This document shows positions 26,326 through 39,318 of a stretch of DNA of 64,000 bases, one piece after another (positions within the stretch are counted from its first letter, which is position 1; each line of letters begins with the position of its first letter). The DNA lies in NCBI RefSeq assembly GCF_001194135.2, contig NC_068995.1, positions 36,770,466-36,834,465 of the forward strand. Reading direction: 5' to 3'. Origin of the DNA: Octopus bimaculoides (taxonomy: Eukaryota). The position numbers were made by a program, and so were the translations under genes. The notes below the pieces were generated by a model. The model was not told the origin of the DNA, searched no databases, and was given only the letters and a program-made list of their open reading frames with translations.

Positions 26326-27944
26326 GGACCCATGCAAAAACATGAGTAAATGGATGTAGAATGACAAAAACATGTTTGAGTGTATTTGCATTTGTGTGTA
26401 TATATATATGTGTGTGTGTTTGTGGTAACTATGATTCAGTATGTATTTATGCTGATATAGCTAGAAGGTGATGCCAAAGAATTTATGATAATGGTACTAT
26501 TTAATGATTAATTAAATTGATTTTGTTGACTAAGTAAAATCTATATTGAAAATATTACAAGTAGAAGACAGATTGAAATAAAAGAGTGCATTATTTTTTC
26601 AGCAACTGTGAATATTGGTACATCACTCAATTTCTTATACTTTTCACTTGTTGACACAAATACAAAAATTTATTAGTAATTTAATATAGGAAACGATTGA
26701 ACAATCTAAAAATAGCTTGGCAATAATACTTTTGATAAAATAACAATGGCATAGTGATATGTTGTCAATAGAGAACTAAGATATATATTTTCAATACTAC
26801 CATTGTTCTTCTAATACAATGTATGTTGACAACTGCACAACCTTCAGTGCACTGTTGTACTCTTCTCAATAAATTACAGAGCTGTTATCAACAAATGACT
26901 GCATTCATCCACCATCTTACTGTCAAATACTGTCAAATACATCATTGCTGGAATAACTTGGAAATTTAGTCTGAAGGTACATGGCTCGATGGTTAGAGCA
27001 TCAGGTTCACAAGCATGATGTAGTGAGTTCAATTCCAGGACTGGTCTGTGTGTTGTGTTCTTGATTGGAAGAACTGGAACCCTTGATATCATAACTGACA
27101 GAAAGCCAGAGACTATTAATATTAGAACTATTAACCCTTTTACTGCAGAAATCAGATATATCCACCCACTCAAAAATTCAATTTCTTTTAATAGTGAAAA
27201 CCAGTTTTATGTACAAGTCTACCTTTTGCTAAGGAATATCATATTTAAAACCATCTTTTGTTGAGATATGTCAATGATAGTAAGGCTACATGACTTGCAG
27301 AAAATACCAATTTTATTTTTTGGTAGATGTTTAGCATCATTACTGGAATAATTTTGAAATTTTATTTTGCAGTTAAAGTGTTACTATGATGAGAATCATA
27401 GCCATGTTTTGAAAGAAATTCTTTGGAGTTTGATTTGGAAAACAAGGTGTTTTGTTCAGTATCCTTAAAAAAACCTTATTCAGAGACCTTTTGAGTGGGA
27501 TGGGCTACTCAGCCTGAAGAAACTCTAACTGGACCCCCACCTGCAAAGTCATGTATTCTTTATCTTGATATGAAGTCACCATGTCATGCACAAATGGTTG
27601 TAAAGCATGTGTCTGATGTACCCTTATCAGACAGGTAGTCATGATGGGTATACTGGACTTTGTATATCTGTATCACAGAATCACTTTGATAGCATGAGCT
27701 GCTCTCTCATTCAATAATAATAATAATCCTTTCTACTAAATGCACAAGACCTGAATTTAGGAGGAGGGGACTATTCGATTACATTGACCCCAGTGTTTCA
27801 CTGGTGCTTAATTTATCAAACTTGAAAGGATGAAAGGCAAAGTTGACTTCTGCGGAATTTGAACTCAGAATGGAGTTACAGGTGAAATACTGCTAACCAC
27901 CTCATCCAGTGCACCAATGATTCTGCCAGCTTGTCACCTAGCTC

Positions 27945-27993
<49 letters not shown>

Positions 27994-28020
27994 GTAATAA
28001 TGATACTGATAATAATGATG

Positions 28021-28051
<31 letters not shown>

Positions 28052-28056
28052 TGATG

Positions 28057-28116
<60 letters not shown>
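27945..28116. repeat. Long (AAT)n microsatellite; further tracts at 32792-32874, 33445-33527, 34084-34140 and 45821-45922
   Basis: Direct inspection. Confidence 0.95.
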
Positions 28117-28118
<2 letters not shown>

Positions 28119-28540
28119 GGCAAATAGACCAGATATAGTTGTCAAAGCTCATGAAGAAAAAAATGCTTTCTAATTGATGTATCAATATCAGCAGATGACA
28201 ACGTTTCTCTAAAAGAAATGGAAAAACTTTCAAAATACAAAGACCTGGAAACAGAGATAACTCGAATGTGGAATCTAAAAACAGAAACAATTCCTATCAT
28301 AGTAGGTGCCTTAGGTATAATAAAAAAATATTCAGACAAATACATAACAAAAACACCAGGACTTACAAATATATATAACATACAGAAAATTGCACTACTG
28401 GGTACTGCACACATTCTATGCCAAACACTTTCAATACAGTAAACATAAGAGCACCACAGCAAACCACAGCACATACCCAAGGCGCACAGAGCTGCGCTCA
28501 GTAGTGAAGTGAAAGAACGTTATAAAAATAAAACTACTGA
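28116..28540 (+). mobile_element. R4/Dong-clade non-LTR retrotransposon 3' end (restriction-like endonuclease C-terminus) within (AAT)n
   Basis: KANRPDIVVK...LIDVSISADDNVSLKEMEKLSKYKDL...TIPIIVGALG...KIALLGTAHIL: PD...D and K..KY..L motifs of REL domains. Short UTR ending aaactactga; (AAT)n on both sides. Confidence 0.85.
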
Positions 28541-30505
28541 ACAATAATAATAATAATAATAATGATGATGAGGAGGATGATGTTGATGGTTTCAAAGTTT
28601 TTGTACAAGGCCAGCGTTAGGAAGGGCATCCAGCTGTAGAAACTCTGCCAGATCAGATTGGAGCCTGGTGCAGCCTTCTGGCTTGCCAGTCCTCAGTCAA
28701 ATCGTCCAACCCATGCTAGCATGGAAAGCGGATGTTAAACGATGATGATATAAGTGCATGTATGTATGTATGTAGGTTTGGCTATGTATATGTATATGTA
28801 GATCTATATACGTGTGTATGTATATGCAAATATTTGTGTGTATTTGTATGTATGTATATGTGTGTACACGTACATGTGTTTGTATATGTGCAGATTTATG
28901 TGTGTTTGTGTGTGTGTGTGTATATGTGTGTGTATGTGCTTGTGCAAATGTACAGATGTATATGTGTCTGTATCTATATGTATACATTCTTTTATTCTTT
29001 TATTTGTTTCAGTCACTTGACTGTGGTCATGCTGGAGCACCACCTTTAGTCAAATAAATTGACCCCAGGACTTATTCTTTGTAAGTCTAGTATTTATTCT
29101 ATCGGTCGCTTTTACCAAACTGCTAAGTTACTCCTGTCCTTCTGGCAAGGCCTCTCAGCTGCTCTCATGATGTCCCTAACCCTATACTTCAATCAAGGCG
29201 CCCTCCTCCGCAGCCCCACAATATCTCACTGAGGTCCATTTTGCCTTATCTTAAGGTCCATAAAATAAGTGGTATTCAAGTATTGAGGTTGAGTTAAACA
29301 ATTTTCTACTTCCTCAAAGTTTGAATTCTTGCTCCTGTGTAGAAACTATTATTATTAACTTGAAGTGCTTGAGAAATGAACTTCCTGTGAGCTGAGTCAG
29401 TGACCTTGTTTTCACTTCCAATTGGTGTCATTTCCTTTCTCTTTATATCGCTATTGCTCTCACAAAATGCATAAAAGTCACTAATTGTTTAAAATTTGAA
29501 GTTTCATGTCAATAGAGGAAAATAGAAAAAAGCAAGTTTCTGAGGATGATGATGATGATGATGATGACGATGACAACAACAACGATGACGATGACGATGA
29601 AGAGGAGGCGGAGGCAGAGGGGGTGGAAGATAGTGATGATGATAAAACAGCACCAGTATAACAATTTCTTTCAGCTTATAGTTTCTAAACTGTGGTAGCA
29701 TTGAGATATAATTAAACTCTCATAGAAATACATTTGAACAATTATTATTAATGAAACCTTTTCACTTGAATGCATAGTGGTTAAAGGAGAGAGAGAAGGG
29801 AGAGACAGAGACTGAGATAGACAGACTGATAGATAGATGGATAGCAAGCAGACTGACAAATAATATCCTAAAAGTTTGAAGACAGAAACCAGGAACTGTG
29901 AAATAACATTCATGCCTTTCTCAACCTTATTAGCATTACAAATAAAATGAAACAAGATTATAGGCTCAGTAAACCAAGAACTTTAGCTTATTTCTGTAAG
30001 CAATGTGTACATAAGAAAATCAACAAAGCAAGATTTGGAAAGCAAAATTTTAAAGAGTGAAATTAAATATCAAATTTGAGTGAAATATTTCACAATTTTT
30101 TTTTACTCCTAAATATTATTAAATTCATAAATCACTATCAAATTTTAACTCAGTAATGAAATAAATCATTATTTTTTTTTACTAAATTCATTTTCCCACA
30201 AAGTGGTTTCAATTTTCTATAAACATCACAATTTTATTAACAAACAAAAATGGAAAGAAACAGTTCTTCAATTGGATTTTTTGATAAATGATTAAACTGA
30301 CAGTATGAAATGAATGTAATATAAAAAAAGATAAAACCTAATTAAAACTTCTAGGAACAGACATGGCTGTGTGGTAAGAAATCTGCTCCCTAATCACAAG
30401 GTTCTGGGTTCAGCCTTACTGCATGACATCTTGGGCAAATGTCTTCTACTTTAGCCCTAGGCCTTGTGAGTGGATTTGGTAGGTGGAAGCTGAAAGAAAC
30501 CTGTA

Positions 30506-30564
<59 letters not shown>

Positions 30565-31939
30565 GAGATGTGCTGCTTAGGTAGGCAAAGTAGGCAGTGC
30601 CTACCTTGAATAAAATAAATCAATATCAACATTTTCCTCTCGTGGGAAAATATGCACCTAATTCAATAAAATTATAAATGTTAGTCTGATTACTATGCAT
30701 AAAATGCAAAATGTTTTATTTTTTTATAGATTAGGTGAGCATAATTTGTCCCTGCTTTTCAGTCTCAGCATTTAACCTATGCATAGAACTGCTGTAATAC
30801 ACATGCTGCATACATTTCTACAACACCGTTTTCTTTACATGCCGTAAACTCAGTTTTGCACCTGTGTTTTGCTTATTTTTTGTGCGTTCTACTACCTAAA
30901 GTTCACCAACTGCCTACCCTGAGTATATATATTTATATATATATATATATCCAAGAAAGTTAGGGATTGTGAATCCAACCCACTAAGGGATAATATCTAT
31001 CCAATATATTGCCGGAAGAATACCCAATTATTACCAAGTGCAATAAATGGGTGTGAGTAAAAGGATATTTTACCCTTAATTTAAATAGCAATAAGAAAAT
31101 GGAGAAGGAATAGGTGGTATTCATCAACTTGCAGACATTGTATTGTGTCAATTTACCTGTTTATTTGTTAACTAAGAGGACAATAATAAGAATATACAAA
31201 CACATGTGACATATCATGTCATATCAGTAATTAAAAAAGGACATCTAGTGACCAAAAATGGGACAATGACTTACAGCTGTTTCAGTCTAGGGTGACATGC
31301 CTCATTCTATCTATATAATTCCAGTAGGCTGAAGTAATTGATAGATGAAATGGATGAAATACAGGTACATGGATGATTCTCTAGGCCTCTGAAATCTCTG
31401 AAGAGGCCTCTCTTCCCTCCACTAAAAAACATCAACATTGTCATAACAACACTATTTTAACAACAATTCAAAACAATATATAATGTATCTTAACTCTCTC
31501 AAAATTCCTTAGATTTTTGTGATAACCATTTCTAGAGGTGTTATCCACTTTGTTTCTTATCTTTATAGTTGTTCTCTGCCAAATGTTTTGTATTCTAAAG
31601 TCTGTTAGTATCAAAATAGCATAAGATAGATATTTTTTTTTCTCCCCATAGGCAAGTAGGAAACTTGACACCATTTAACATTTTAATCTTTATATTTTCA
31701 CAACTTTGTTTTCCAATTCTTGGTTGGGGAGACAGCTGATGCTTCCTATATGCAACATCTTCTATGTATCCCAACAGAATAAAAAGAAAAAATTCCTCCC
31801 ATGAAAGAACTATTTTTATATTATGAGACTTAGCTGCAAAGCCCAGAAGGAAATTAAAAGTGTGTTATTGTCAGGAATGTAAAACAAGTGAATCCTAAGA
31901 CACATTTTCAATGATGTAGCATAATAGTAATAATAATAA

Positions 31940-32402
31940 TAATAATAATTATCCTTTCTACTATAGGCACAAGGCCTGAAATTTTTAAGGGAATGGGCTA
32001 GTTGATTACATTGACTCATCTGTGTAATTGGTACTTATTTCATCAACTCTGAAAGGATGAAAGGCAAAGTTGATCTTCGTGGAATTTGAACTCAGATTGT
32101 AAAGACAGATGAAATACCACTAAGCATTTTGTCCTGTGTGCTAACAATTCTACCAACTTACTGCCTTTATGGTAATAATAACAATAACCCTTTCTATTAC
32201 AGGCACAAGGTCTGAAATTTGGTGGGAGGGGGTAAGTCGATTACATCAACCCCAGTGTGTAACTGGTGCTTATTTAATCAACCCTGACAAGATGAAAGGC
32301 AAAGTTGACCTCAGCGGAATTTGAACTCAGAACGTAGTGACAAACGAAATACTACAAAGCATTTCACCCGGCATGCTAACAATTCTGCCAGCTCGCTACC
32401 TT
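31940..32402 (-). mobile_element. Tandem pair of ~220 bp (ATT)n-tailed SINEs; other minus copies at 1915-2355 (pair), 18365-18800 (pair), 27725-27940, 34145-34345 and 37880-38095
   Basis: Recurrent unit cctttctactaaaggcacaaggcctgaaattt...actggtacttattt.atcgacc.tgaaaggatgaaaggcaaagttgacct.ggc.gaatttgaactcagaa...ctgccagct. The head is tRNA-like (gagttcaaattc B-box). Confidence 0.85.
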
Positions 32403-32417
32403 GATGGTAATAATAAC

Positions 32418-32446
<29 letters not shown>

Positions 32447-32448
<2 letters not shown>

Positions 32449-32792
32449 GACAACGTTTCTCTAAAAGAAATGGAAAAACTTTCAAAATACAAAGACCTGG
32501 AAATAGAGATAACTCGAATGTGGAATCTAAAAACAGAAACAATTCCTATCATAGTAGGTGCCTTAGGTATAATAAAAAAATATTCAGACAAATACATAAC
32601 AAAAACACCAGGACTTACAAATATATATAACATACAGAAAATTGCACTACTGGGTACTGCACACATTCTACGCAAAACACTTTCAATACAGTAAACATAA
32701 GAGCACCACAGCAAACCACAGCACATACCCAAGGCGCACAGAGCTGCGCTCGGTAGTGAAGTGAAAGAACGTTATAAAAATAAAACTACTGA
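32447..32792 (+). mobile_element. R4/Dong-clade LINE 3' end, copy 2
   Basis: Nearly identical to the 28116 copy, truncated at DNVSLK; (AAT)n on both sides. Confidence 0.85.
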
Positions 32793-32825
32793 ATAATAAT
32801 AATAATAATGATAATAATAATAATG

Positions 32826-32876
<51 letters not shown>

Positions 32877-33099
32877 GCCTTGATGCAGTGCCAGGCAGTG
32901 GNNNNNNNNNNNNNNNNNNNNNNNNNNNNNNNNNNNNNNNNNNNNNNNNNNNNNNNNNNNNNNNNNNNNNNNNNNNNNNNNNNNNNNNNNNNNNNNNNNN
33001 NNNNNNNNNNNNNNNNNNNNNNNNNNNNNNNNNNNNNNNNNNNNNNNNNNNNNNNNNNNNNNNNNNNNNNNNNNNNNNNNNNNNNNNNNNNNNNNNNNN

Positions 33100-33445
33100 T
33101 GGACAACGTTTCTCTAAAAGAAATGGAAAAACTTTCAAAATACAAAGACCTGGAAATAGAGATAACTCGAATGTGGAATCTAAAAACAGAAACAATTCCT
33201 ATCATAGTAGGTGCCTTAGGTATAATAAAAAAATATTCAGACAAATACATAACAAAAACACCAGGACTTACAAATATATATAACATACAGAAAGTTGCAC
33301 TACTGGGCACAGCACACATCCTATGCAAAACACTTTCAATACAGTAACCATAAGAGCACCACAGCAAACCACAGCACATACCCAAGGCGCACAGAGCTGC
33401 GCTCGGTAGTGAAGTGAAAGAACGTTATAAAAATAAAACTACTGA
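33100..33445 (+). mobile_element. R4/Dong-clade LINE 3' end, copy 3 (possible assembly duplicate of copy 2)
   Basis: Visible sequence starts tggacaacg as in copy 2, directly after the N gap; same 3' flank. Confidence 0.75.
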
Positions 33446-33478
33446 ATAATAATAATAATAATGATAATAATAATAATG

Positions 33479-33527
<49 letters not shown>

Positions 33528-33529
<2 letters not shown>

Positions 33530-34083
33530 GCCTTGATGCAGTGCCAGGCAGTGGCTCTCATGGCTTCTTATCTTAACTGATTGAAAGTGTTATCATATAC
33601 ATTGTTTTGTCTTGGTATAAAAGATGGTATACAGCAAATATTCTGCTCAATATCACAAACTTGCTTGTCAATTGTTTGACCTTAACCAGTTGAGCATGTC
33701 CCTTGGTGGCTGATGATATGTGCATCTCTGATTACGAGCAGAAGAAATGGTGGAGTATCATAGCCTTCTGTTGAGAGGAATTCTTTCGGCTTTGAATAAT
33801 TCACCATTGGAAACATGGTTGTTTTGCTCAACATTCTTAAACAAACCTTATTCAGGGACCTTTTGAATGAGATTGACTACTTGACCTGAAGAAAATTCTA
33901 ACTGGGCCCTACCAGCGAGGTCATGCACTGTTTATCTTGATAGGAGATCACCATGTTGCGCACATATGGTTGTGATGCATGTGCCTGGTGTACCCTTATC
34001 AGACGGGTAGTCATGATGGGTATAATGGGCTTCATATATTTTACCCCAGTGTCACTTTGATGGCATGCACTGCTCTCTCACTC
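33528..34083. mobile_element. Unclassified ~560 bp interspersed element bounded by (AAT)n at both ends; partial copy at ~27400-27713
   Basis: Clear homology between 33790-34083 and 27420-27713 (gtacccttatcagac.ggtagtcatgatgggtata...ctgctctctca.tcaataataat). No intact ORF recognised. Confidence 0.6.
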
Positions 34084-34143
<60 letters not shown>

Positions 34144-34483
34144 TTCAAATTTTGGCACAAAGCCAGCAATTTCAAGGAAGTGGGCAAGTCAATTATATCA
34201 ACTCCAGCACTCAACTGATACTTATTTTATTGACCCTGAAATGATGAAAGGCAAAGTTGACCTTGGTAGAATTTGAACTCAGAATGTAAAGATGGATGAA
34301 ATACCACTATGCATTTTGCCTGGTAGGCTAATGGTTCTGCCAGTTCGTCGACATCAATAATTCTAATATCAGTATATTTTCCTTATGATTTAGTAAAGAA
34401 GAAAGCTTGCAGCAGCAACAATGACATCCAGAACAACAGAAGCAAAATCTTTCGCTCAGGAAAATTTCAGCTTTACTCCCTCC

Positions 34484-34603
34484 CACTTATTCTTCCTCTC
34501 TCTCACTTATTCTTCCTCTCTCTCACTTATTCTTCCTCTCTCTCACTTATTCTTCCTCTCTCTCACTTATTCTTCCTCTCTCTCACTTATTCTTCCTCTC
34601 TCT
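34484..34603. repeat. 20-bp minisatellite, 6 units
   Basis: cacttattcttcctctctct repeated with exact period 20. Confidence 0.95.
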
Positions 34604-35734
34604 CCCCACTCTTTCAAACATAAACACGCACATAGACATGGACAAAAACATACTTCCATCCCCCATTGCACCAGATTTTTCCAACATGGAAATTTCATCT
34701 TCTAAGGGGGAAGAAGGACCAAGGAAATTTATACATATACATACATATACATACATATATATAAATATATATATNNNNNNNNNNNNNNNNNNNNNNNNNN
34801 NNNNNNNNNNNNNNNNNNNNNNNNNNNNNNNNNNNNNNNNNNNNNNNNNNNNNNNNNNNNNNNNNNNNNNNNNNNNNNNNNNNNNNNNNNNNNNNNNNNN
34901 NNNNNNNNNNNNNNNNNNNNNNNNNNNNNNNNNNNNNNNNNNNNNNNNNNNNNNNNNNNNNNNNNNNNNNNNNNNNNNNNNNNNNNNNNNNNNNNNNNNN
35001 NNNNNNNNNNNNNNNNNNNNNNNNNNNNNNNNNNNNNNNNNNNNNNNNNNNNNNNNNNNNNNNNNNNNNNNNNNNNNNNNNNNNNNNNNNNNNNNNNNNN
35101 NNNNNNNNNNNNNNNNNNNNNNNNNNNNNNNNNNNNNNNNNNNNNNNNNNNNNNNNNNNNNNNNNNNNNNNNNNNNNNNNNNNNNNNNNNNNNNNNNNNN
35201 NNNNNNNNNNNNNNNNNNNNNNNNNNNNNNNNNNNNNNNNNNNNNNNNNNNNNNNNNNNNNNNNNNNNNNNNNNNNNNNNNNNNNNNNNNNNNNNNNNNN
35301 NNNNNNNNNNNNNNNNNNNNNNNNNNNNNNNNNNNNNNNNNNNNNNNNNNNNNNNNNNNNNNNNNNNNNNNNNNNNNNNNNNNNNNNNNNNNNNNNNNNN
35401 NNNNNNNNNNNNNNNNNNNNNNNNNNNNNNNNNNNNNNNNNNNNNNNNNNNNNNNNNNNNNNNNNNNNNNNNNNNNNNNNNNNNNNNNNNNNNNNNNNNN
35501 NNNNNNNNNNNNNNNNNNNNNNNNNNNNNNNNNNNNNNNNNNNNNNNNNNNNNNNNNNNNNNNNNNNNNNNNNNNNNNNNNNNNNNNNNNNNAAAAGAGG
35601 CAAAACAGAGGAACAATAGCAGCAGACTAACAAACACACCAACAAAACTCTCTAATCCCAAACTTTGTACTGATAAGGAGTGCAAATAAAAAAAATGGAT
35701 GTCCTTAATCATAAATAGATAAATGCACCCTTTT

Positions 35735-35970
35735 AAAGCCTAACCAGGCTCATGGGCCTGGTTTCTCGGTTTCAATGGTGTATGTGTTCCCCAGCTGGAC
35801 AGGATGCCAGTCCATCTCAGCGTTACTCATTTTTGCCAGCGGAGTGGACTGGAGCAACGTGAAATGAAGTGTTTTGCTCAAGAATACAACGCATCTCCCG
35901 GTCCAGGAATCGAAACCACAGTCTTACAATCATGATGCTGACACCCTAACCACTAAGCTACGCGCCTCCA
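35735..35970 (-). mobile_element. Third tRNA-derived SINE family; related heads at 39865-39995(+), 26970-27065(+) and 61590-61770(-)
   Basis: A-box and B-box-like head (tagcttagtggttagggtg...ggtttcgattcctggacc) followed by a non-tRNA body (gagcaaaacacttcatttcacgttgctccagtccactc). Confidence 0.7.
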
Positions 35971-36516
35971 CATCCTTAATCATACAAAAGTAAAACATTC
36001 AAATGGAAAATGTCCAGCACTTTCAAGGAGCCTACCATAAAATTTGAAAATAATAAGGCTGGACTTAGACACATACAAAATATTATGAGACCCACACAAG
36101 AGAACTTCACTCAGAATATTGCTTTTGGGGTCATGCTACTGGTCATGGAACACAAACATCATAGATAACATTCCAAAGATTGTTTCTCTAGTTTATTAAT
36201 AGTGAGTATTTGACAACATATCAGCAGTGATGTAATGTAGGTTTTTAGGTGACATGATGTGGACTTTGGAAAAATAAGAAATCTCTCTGCATGATCATAT
36301 AAAGAGCTTATCTATAAACATTTACCTAAATCTAAACTGGAAAAATTCTCAATGTTTTAATGTGTAACTAAAAAAAAAAGAAAAGAAAAAAATGAACTGT
36401 GGGGTAATATTTAATGATATAGTTATTTCATATTAGAACTTTGAGTTGCTTACAAATTAATCAATTAGCAACTCATTATTAAGCCTCTTATATCATCATA
36501 ATAATAATAATAATAA

Positions 36517-36547
<31 letters not shown>

Positions 36548-36559
36548 AAAGATTGACAG

Positions 36560-37640
36560 GAAAATCCATAAGCTGCTGACTTGCAATAAGATGCACCACC
36601 CAAAGGCAGACAAAGATCGTCTTTACTTTCCCAGAGCTCAAGGCTTGATCCAATTTGAAATCTCTTACAAAACTACTACAATTGGACTGGTCAAATATCT
36701 TGAAACATCTAATGACTGGATGCTAAAACTTGTCAAAAATTATAAGAGATGTGAAGAATCTTCATTCTGTCATGAAGGAGAGCAAAAAATTTGTTAGTGA
36801 GTTCATGTGTAATACCCAGGTTGAACAGCATGATGGAAGGTGAAATCAACAGCAAAGCAAAATGTGTTTGAACAATTGGCTGATAAGTGGGGACAAAAAA
36901 CCTCTGCATGACAAAGATGTGACCCATAACAAACAAGCTGATATAGACCAGAAGCACACCCATCAGGGGATATGGAGCTCAGGGCTAAAGACATAGAGGG
37001 AAACCTTTATCTTAGATGCTCAGGATCAGAGCTTACTAACCTGGAACTACCAAGCCACTGTGATGAACAATGGAGTAAATCCAAAGTGCTGATACTGCAA
37101 TGATGAGTTTGAAACAGTGGACCACCTAATCTCTGGGTGTAAGGTTTTAGCACCGTTAAAGTATAAATCAAGACATGACAGAGTTGGTTGATAACTACAC
37201 TGGATAATATGTCAGCATTATAAATTCAAAACTTCTGAGAAATGGTACAAGCACCACTCTGAGGCTGTAACTGAGGGAGAAAACGTAACAGTTCTTTGAG
37301 ACTTTCCAGTACATACAGACTGAACCATTAAAGCTAATAAACCAGATATTGCTGTGAAAGACCAACACGATAAAATCTGTTTATTGATTGACACAAGCAC
37401 ACTTTGTGATCATAATATCTCGGCAAAAGAATTTGATAAGCTCAGAAAATATAACGATTTGCTGATTGAAATTGAAAAAATGTAGCATCTCAAGATGGTT
37501 ACAATACCAGTGGCTGTAGGAGTACTTGGCATGATCAAAAAAGGAACTGAAAATTATTTGAGAATGATCCCTGGCTTACCATCCATGCAGGAAGTGCAAA
37601 AAATTGTCTTAACTAGTATGTCACCTGTATTGTGAAGATC
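36560..37640 (+). mobile_element. Older degenerate R4/Dong-clade LINE (late RT, CCHC knuckle, REL endonuclease)
   Basis: HHPKADKDRLYFPR, CRYC...ETVDHLISGC, SRHDRV, ANKPDI...LID, KLRKYNDL and IPVAVGVLG motifs with several stops; preceded by (AAT)n(AAG)n. Confidence 0.85.
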
Positions 37641-38111
37641 ATTGTTGCTGTGAATTTTCTTTCCTTTATTTTCTTTGTTTTCTTTTTCATCCTTCTTTTC
37701 TTTTTCTCTCTGTCTTTCTCTCCCCCCCCCCTTTGTCACATGACTTTGTAAATGAACAATCAGGTGTATTCATTTAATGACCTACAGATGTATACAGTAA
37801 GTTTCTTTGCCCTAGATGTTGGGAAGACATTCAGCAAGAAATGGAAACAAAATTGAAAGAAGATAATGGTTATATAATAGTCCTTTCTACTAAAGGTACA
37901 TGGCCTGAAATTAGGAGGAGGGGACTATTTGATTACATTGACCCCTGTGTTTCACTGGTACTTAATTTATCAACTCTGAAAGGATGAAAGGCAAAGTTGA
38001 CCTTGGTAGAATTTGAACTCAGAACATAGCAGTAGATGAAATAATGCTAAGCATTTTGCCTGGCAGGCTAACAGTTCTGCCAGTTTACTGCTTTATGATG
38101 ATAATAATAAT

Positions 38112-38411
38112 AAGACCTGGAAATAGAGATAACTCGAATGTGGAATCTAAAAACAGAAACAATTCCTATCATAGTAGGTGCCTTAGGTATAATAAAAAAA
38201 TATTCAGACAAATACATAACAAAAATAGCAGGACTTACAAATATATATAACATACAGAAAATTGCACTACTGGGTACTGCACACATCCTACGCAAAACAC
38301 TTTCAATACAGTAAACATAAGAGCACTACAGCAAACCACAGCACATACCCAAGGCGCACAGAGCTGCGCTCGGTAGTGAAGTGAAAGCACGTTATAAAAA
38401 TAAAACTACTG

Positions 38412-38412
<1 letters not shown>
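38112..38412 (+). mobile_element. R4/Dong-clade LINE 3' end, copy 4
   Basis: Truncated at KDLEIEITR; (AAT)n on the 5' side and (CAA)n/(CAG)n on the 3' side. Confidence 0.85.
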
Positions 38413-38446
<34 letters not shown>

Positions 38447-38844
38447 CGATAACAACAACTACTACTACAACAACAGCAGCAGCAGCAGCAGCAACAACAA
38501 CAACAACAACAACAACCAGCATCATCATCATCTATTTTCCGTGGTAAGAGAGGTTGGACTATTTATAAGTATTATTAACCTAAGACTAAATACATATATA
38601 CTTGTGACACTCTAACAATAAATTTAATCAAAAATAGTTAAAATATTGACATGCCAGTCTAAAAAAAAGTTTCTCATCTCTAATCTAACTGAGTGACAAA
38701 TACTCACTCACCAGCATCTAACAATGGTAACAAGTTGGCAAGGTTGTTAAAGAATCAAACAGAATGTCTTGCAGTATTTGTGTTTTGAGTTCAAATCCTG
38801 TTAACCCTTTCACTGCAAAATTAAATTTTATGTAAAAGCACCCA

Positions 38845-39140
38845 TGAGGTGCATTGCGGAATGACTAAATGAACATTTGAGACAATATGACAACAAAATA
38901 CAGTCCTCCATACTCGACCAACATGCCAAGGACCAACATGGAAGCAGCCTGGGTCAACTTGACATCCGCATCTTATCCAAACACCCAAAGGACCCAACAC
39001 TCAGACAAAGAGAATGTAAACAATCTATCTGATGAATGAATGAAGGATTTTGTTTGAAATTCCATGAAGATTAGTTCAAGAGGCATCTGAAGACCTCTAG
39101 AGGGTACAGTGGCTGAAATGCTGTGACTGTAACAACCAAG
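38845..39140 (+). mobile_element. Penelope-like element fragment (GIY-YIG endonuclease C-terminal part plus 3' UTR)
   Basis: Frame reads E*LNEHLRQYDNKIQSSILDQHAKDQHGSSLGQLDIRILSKHPKDPTLRQ, matching the R.xEH...S.L..H...H...IL pattern of PLE GIY-YIG domains. Confidence 0.55.
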
Positions 39141-39254
39141 ATGAGAACACTAGTCCAAATAAATCATTGCACTTTAAAACTCTGTTGTTTTGGGTTTCCT
39201 TTTTGTTTTTCTTGTTTCACATAGAATGAAGAGGTTGCAGAGGATATAAGCTGG

Positions 39255-39318
<64 letters not shown>

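Noticed and set aside
25742-26391. Stacked 130-190 aa ORFs rich in H/T/Y/I or C/V/M/Y
   Set aside because: Translations of a compound microsatellite that is stop-free in several frames; the same applies to the poly-I, poly-N and poly-L ORFs at 27.9, 28.8 and 45.8 kb.
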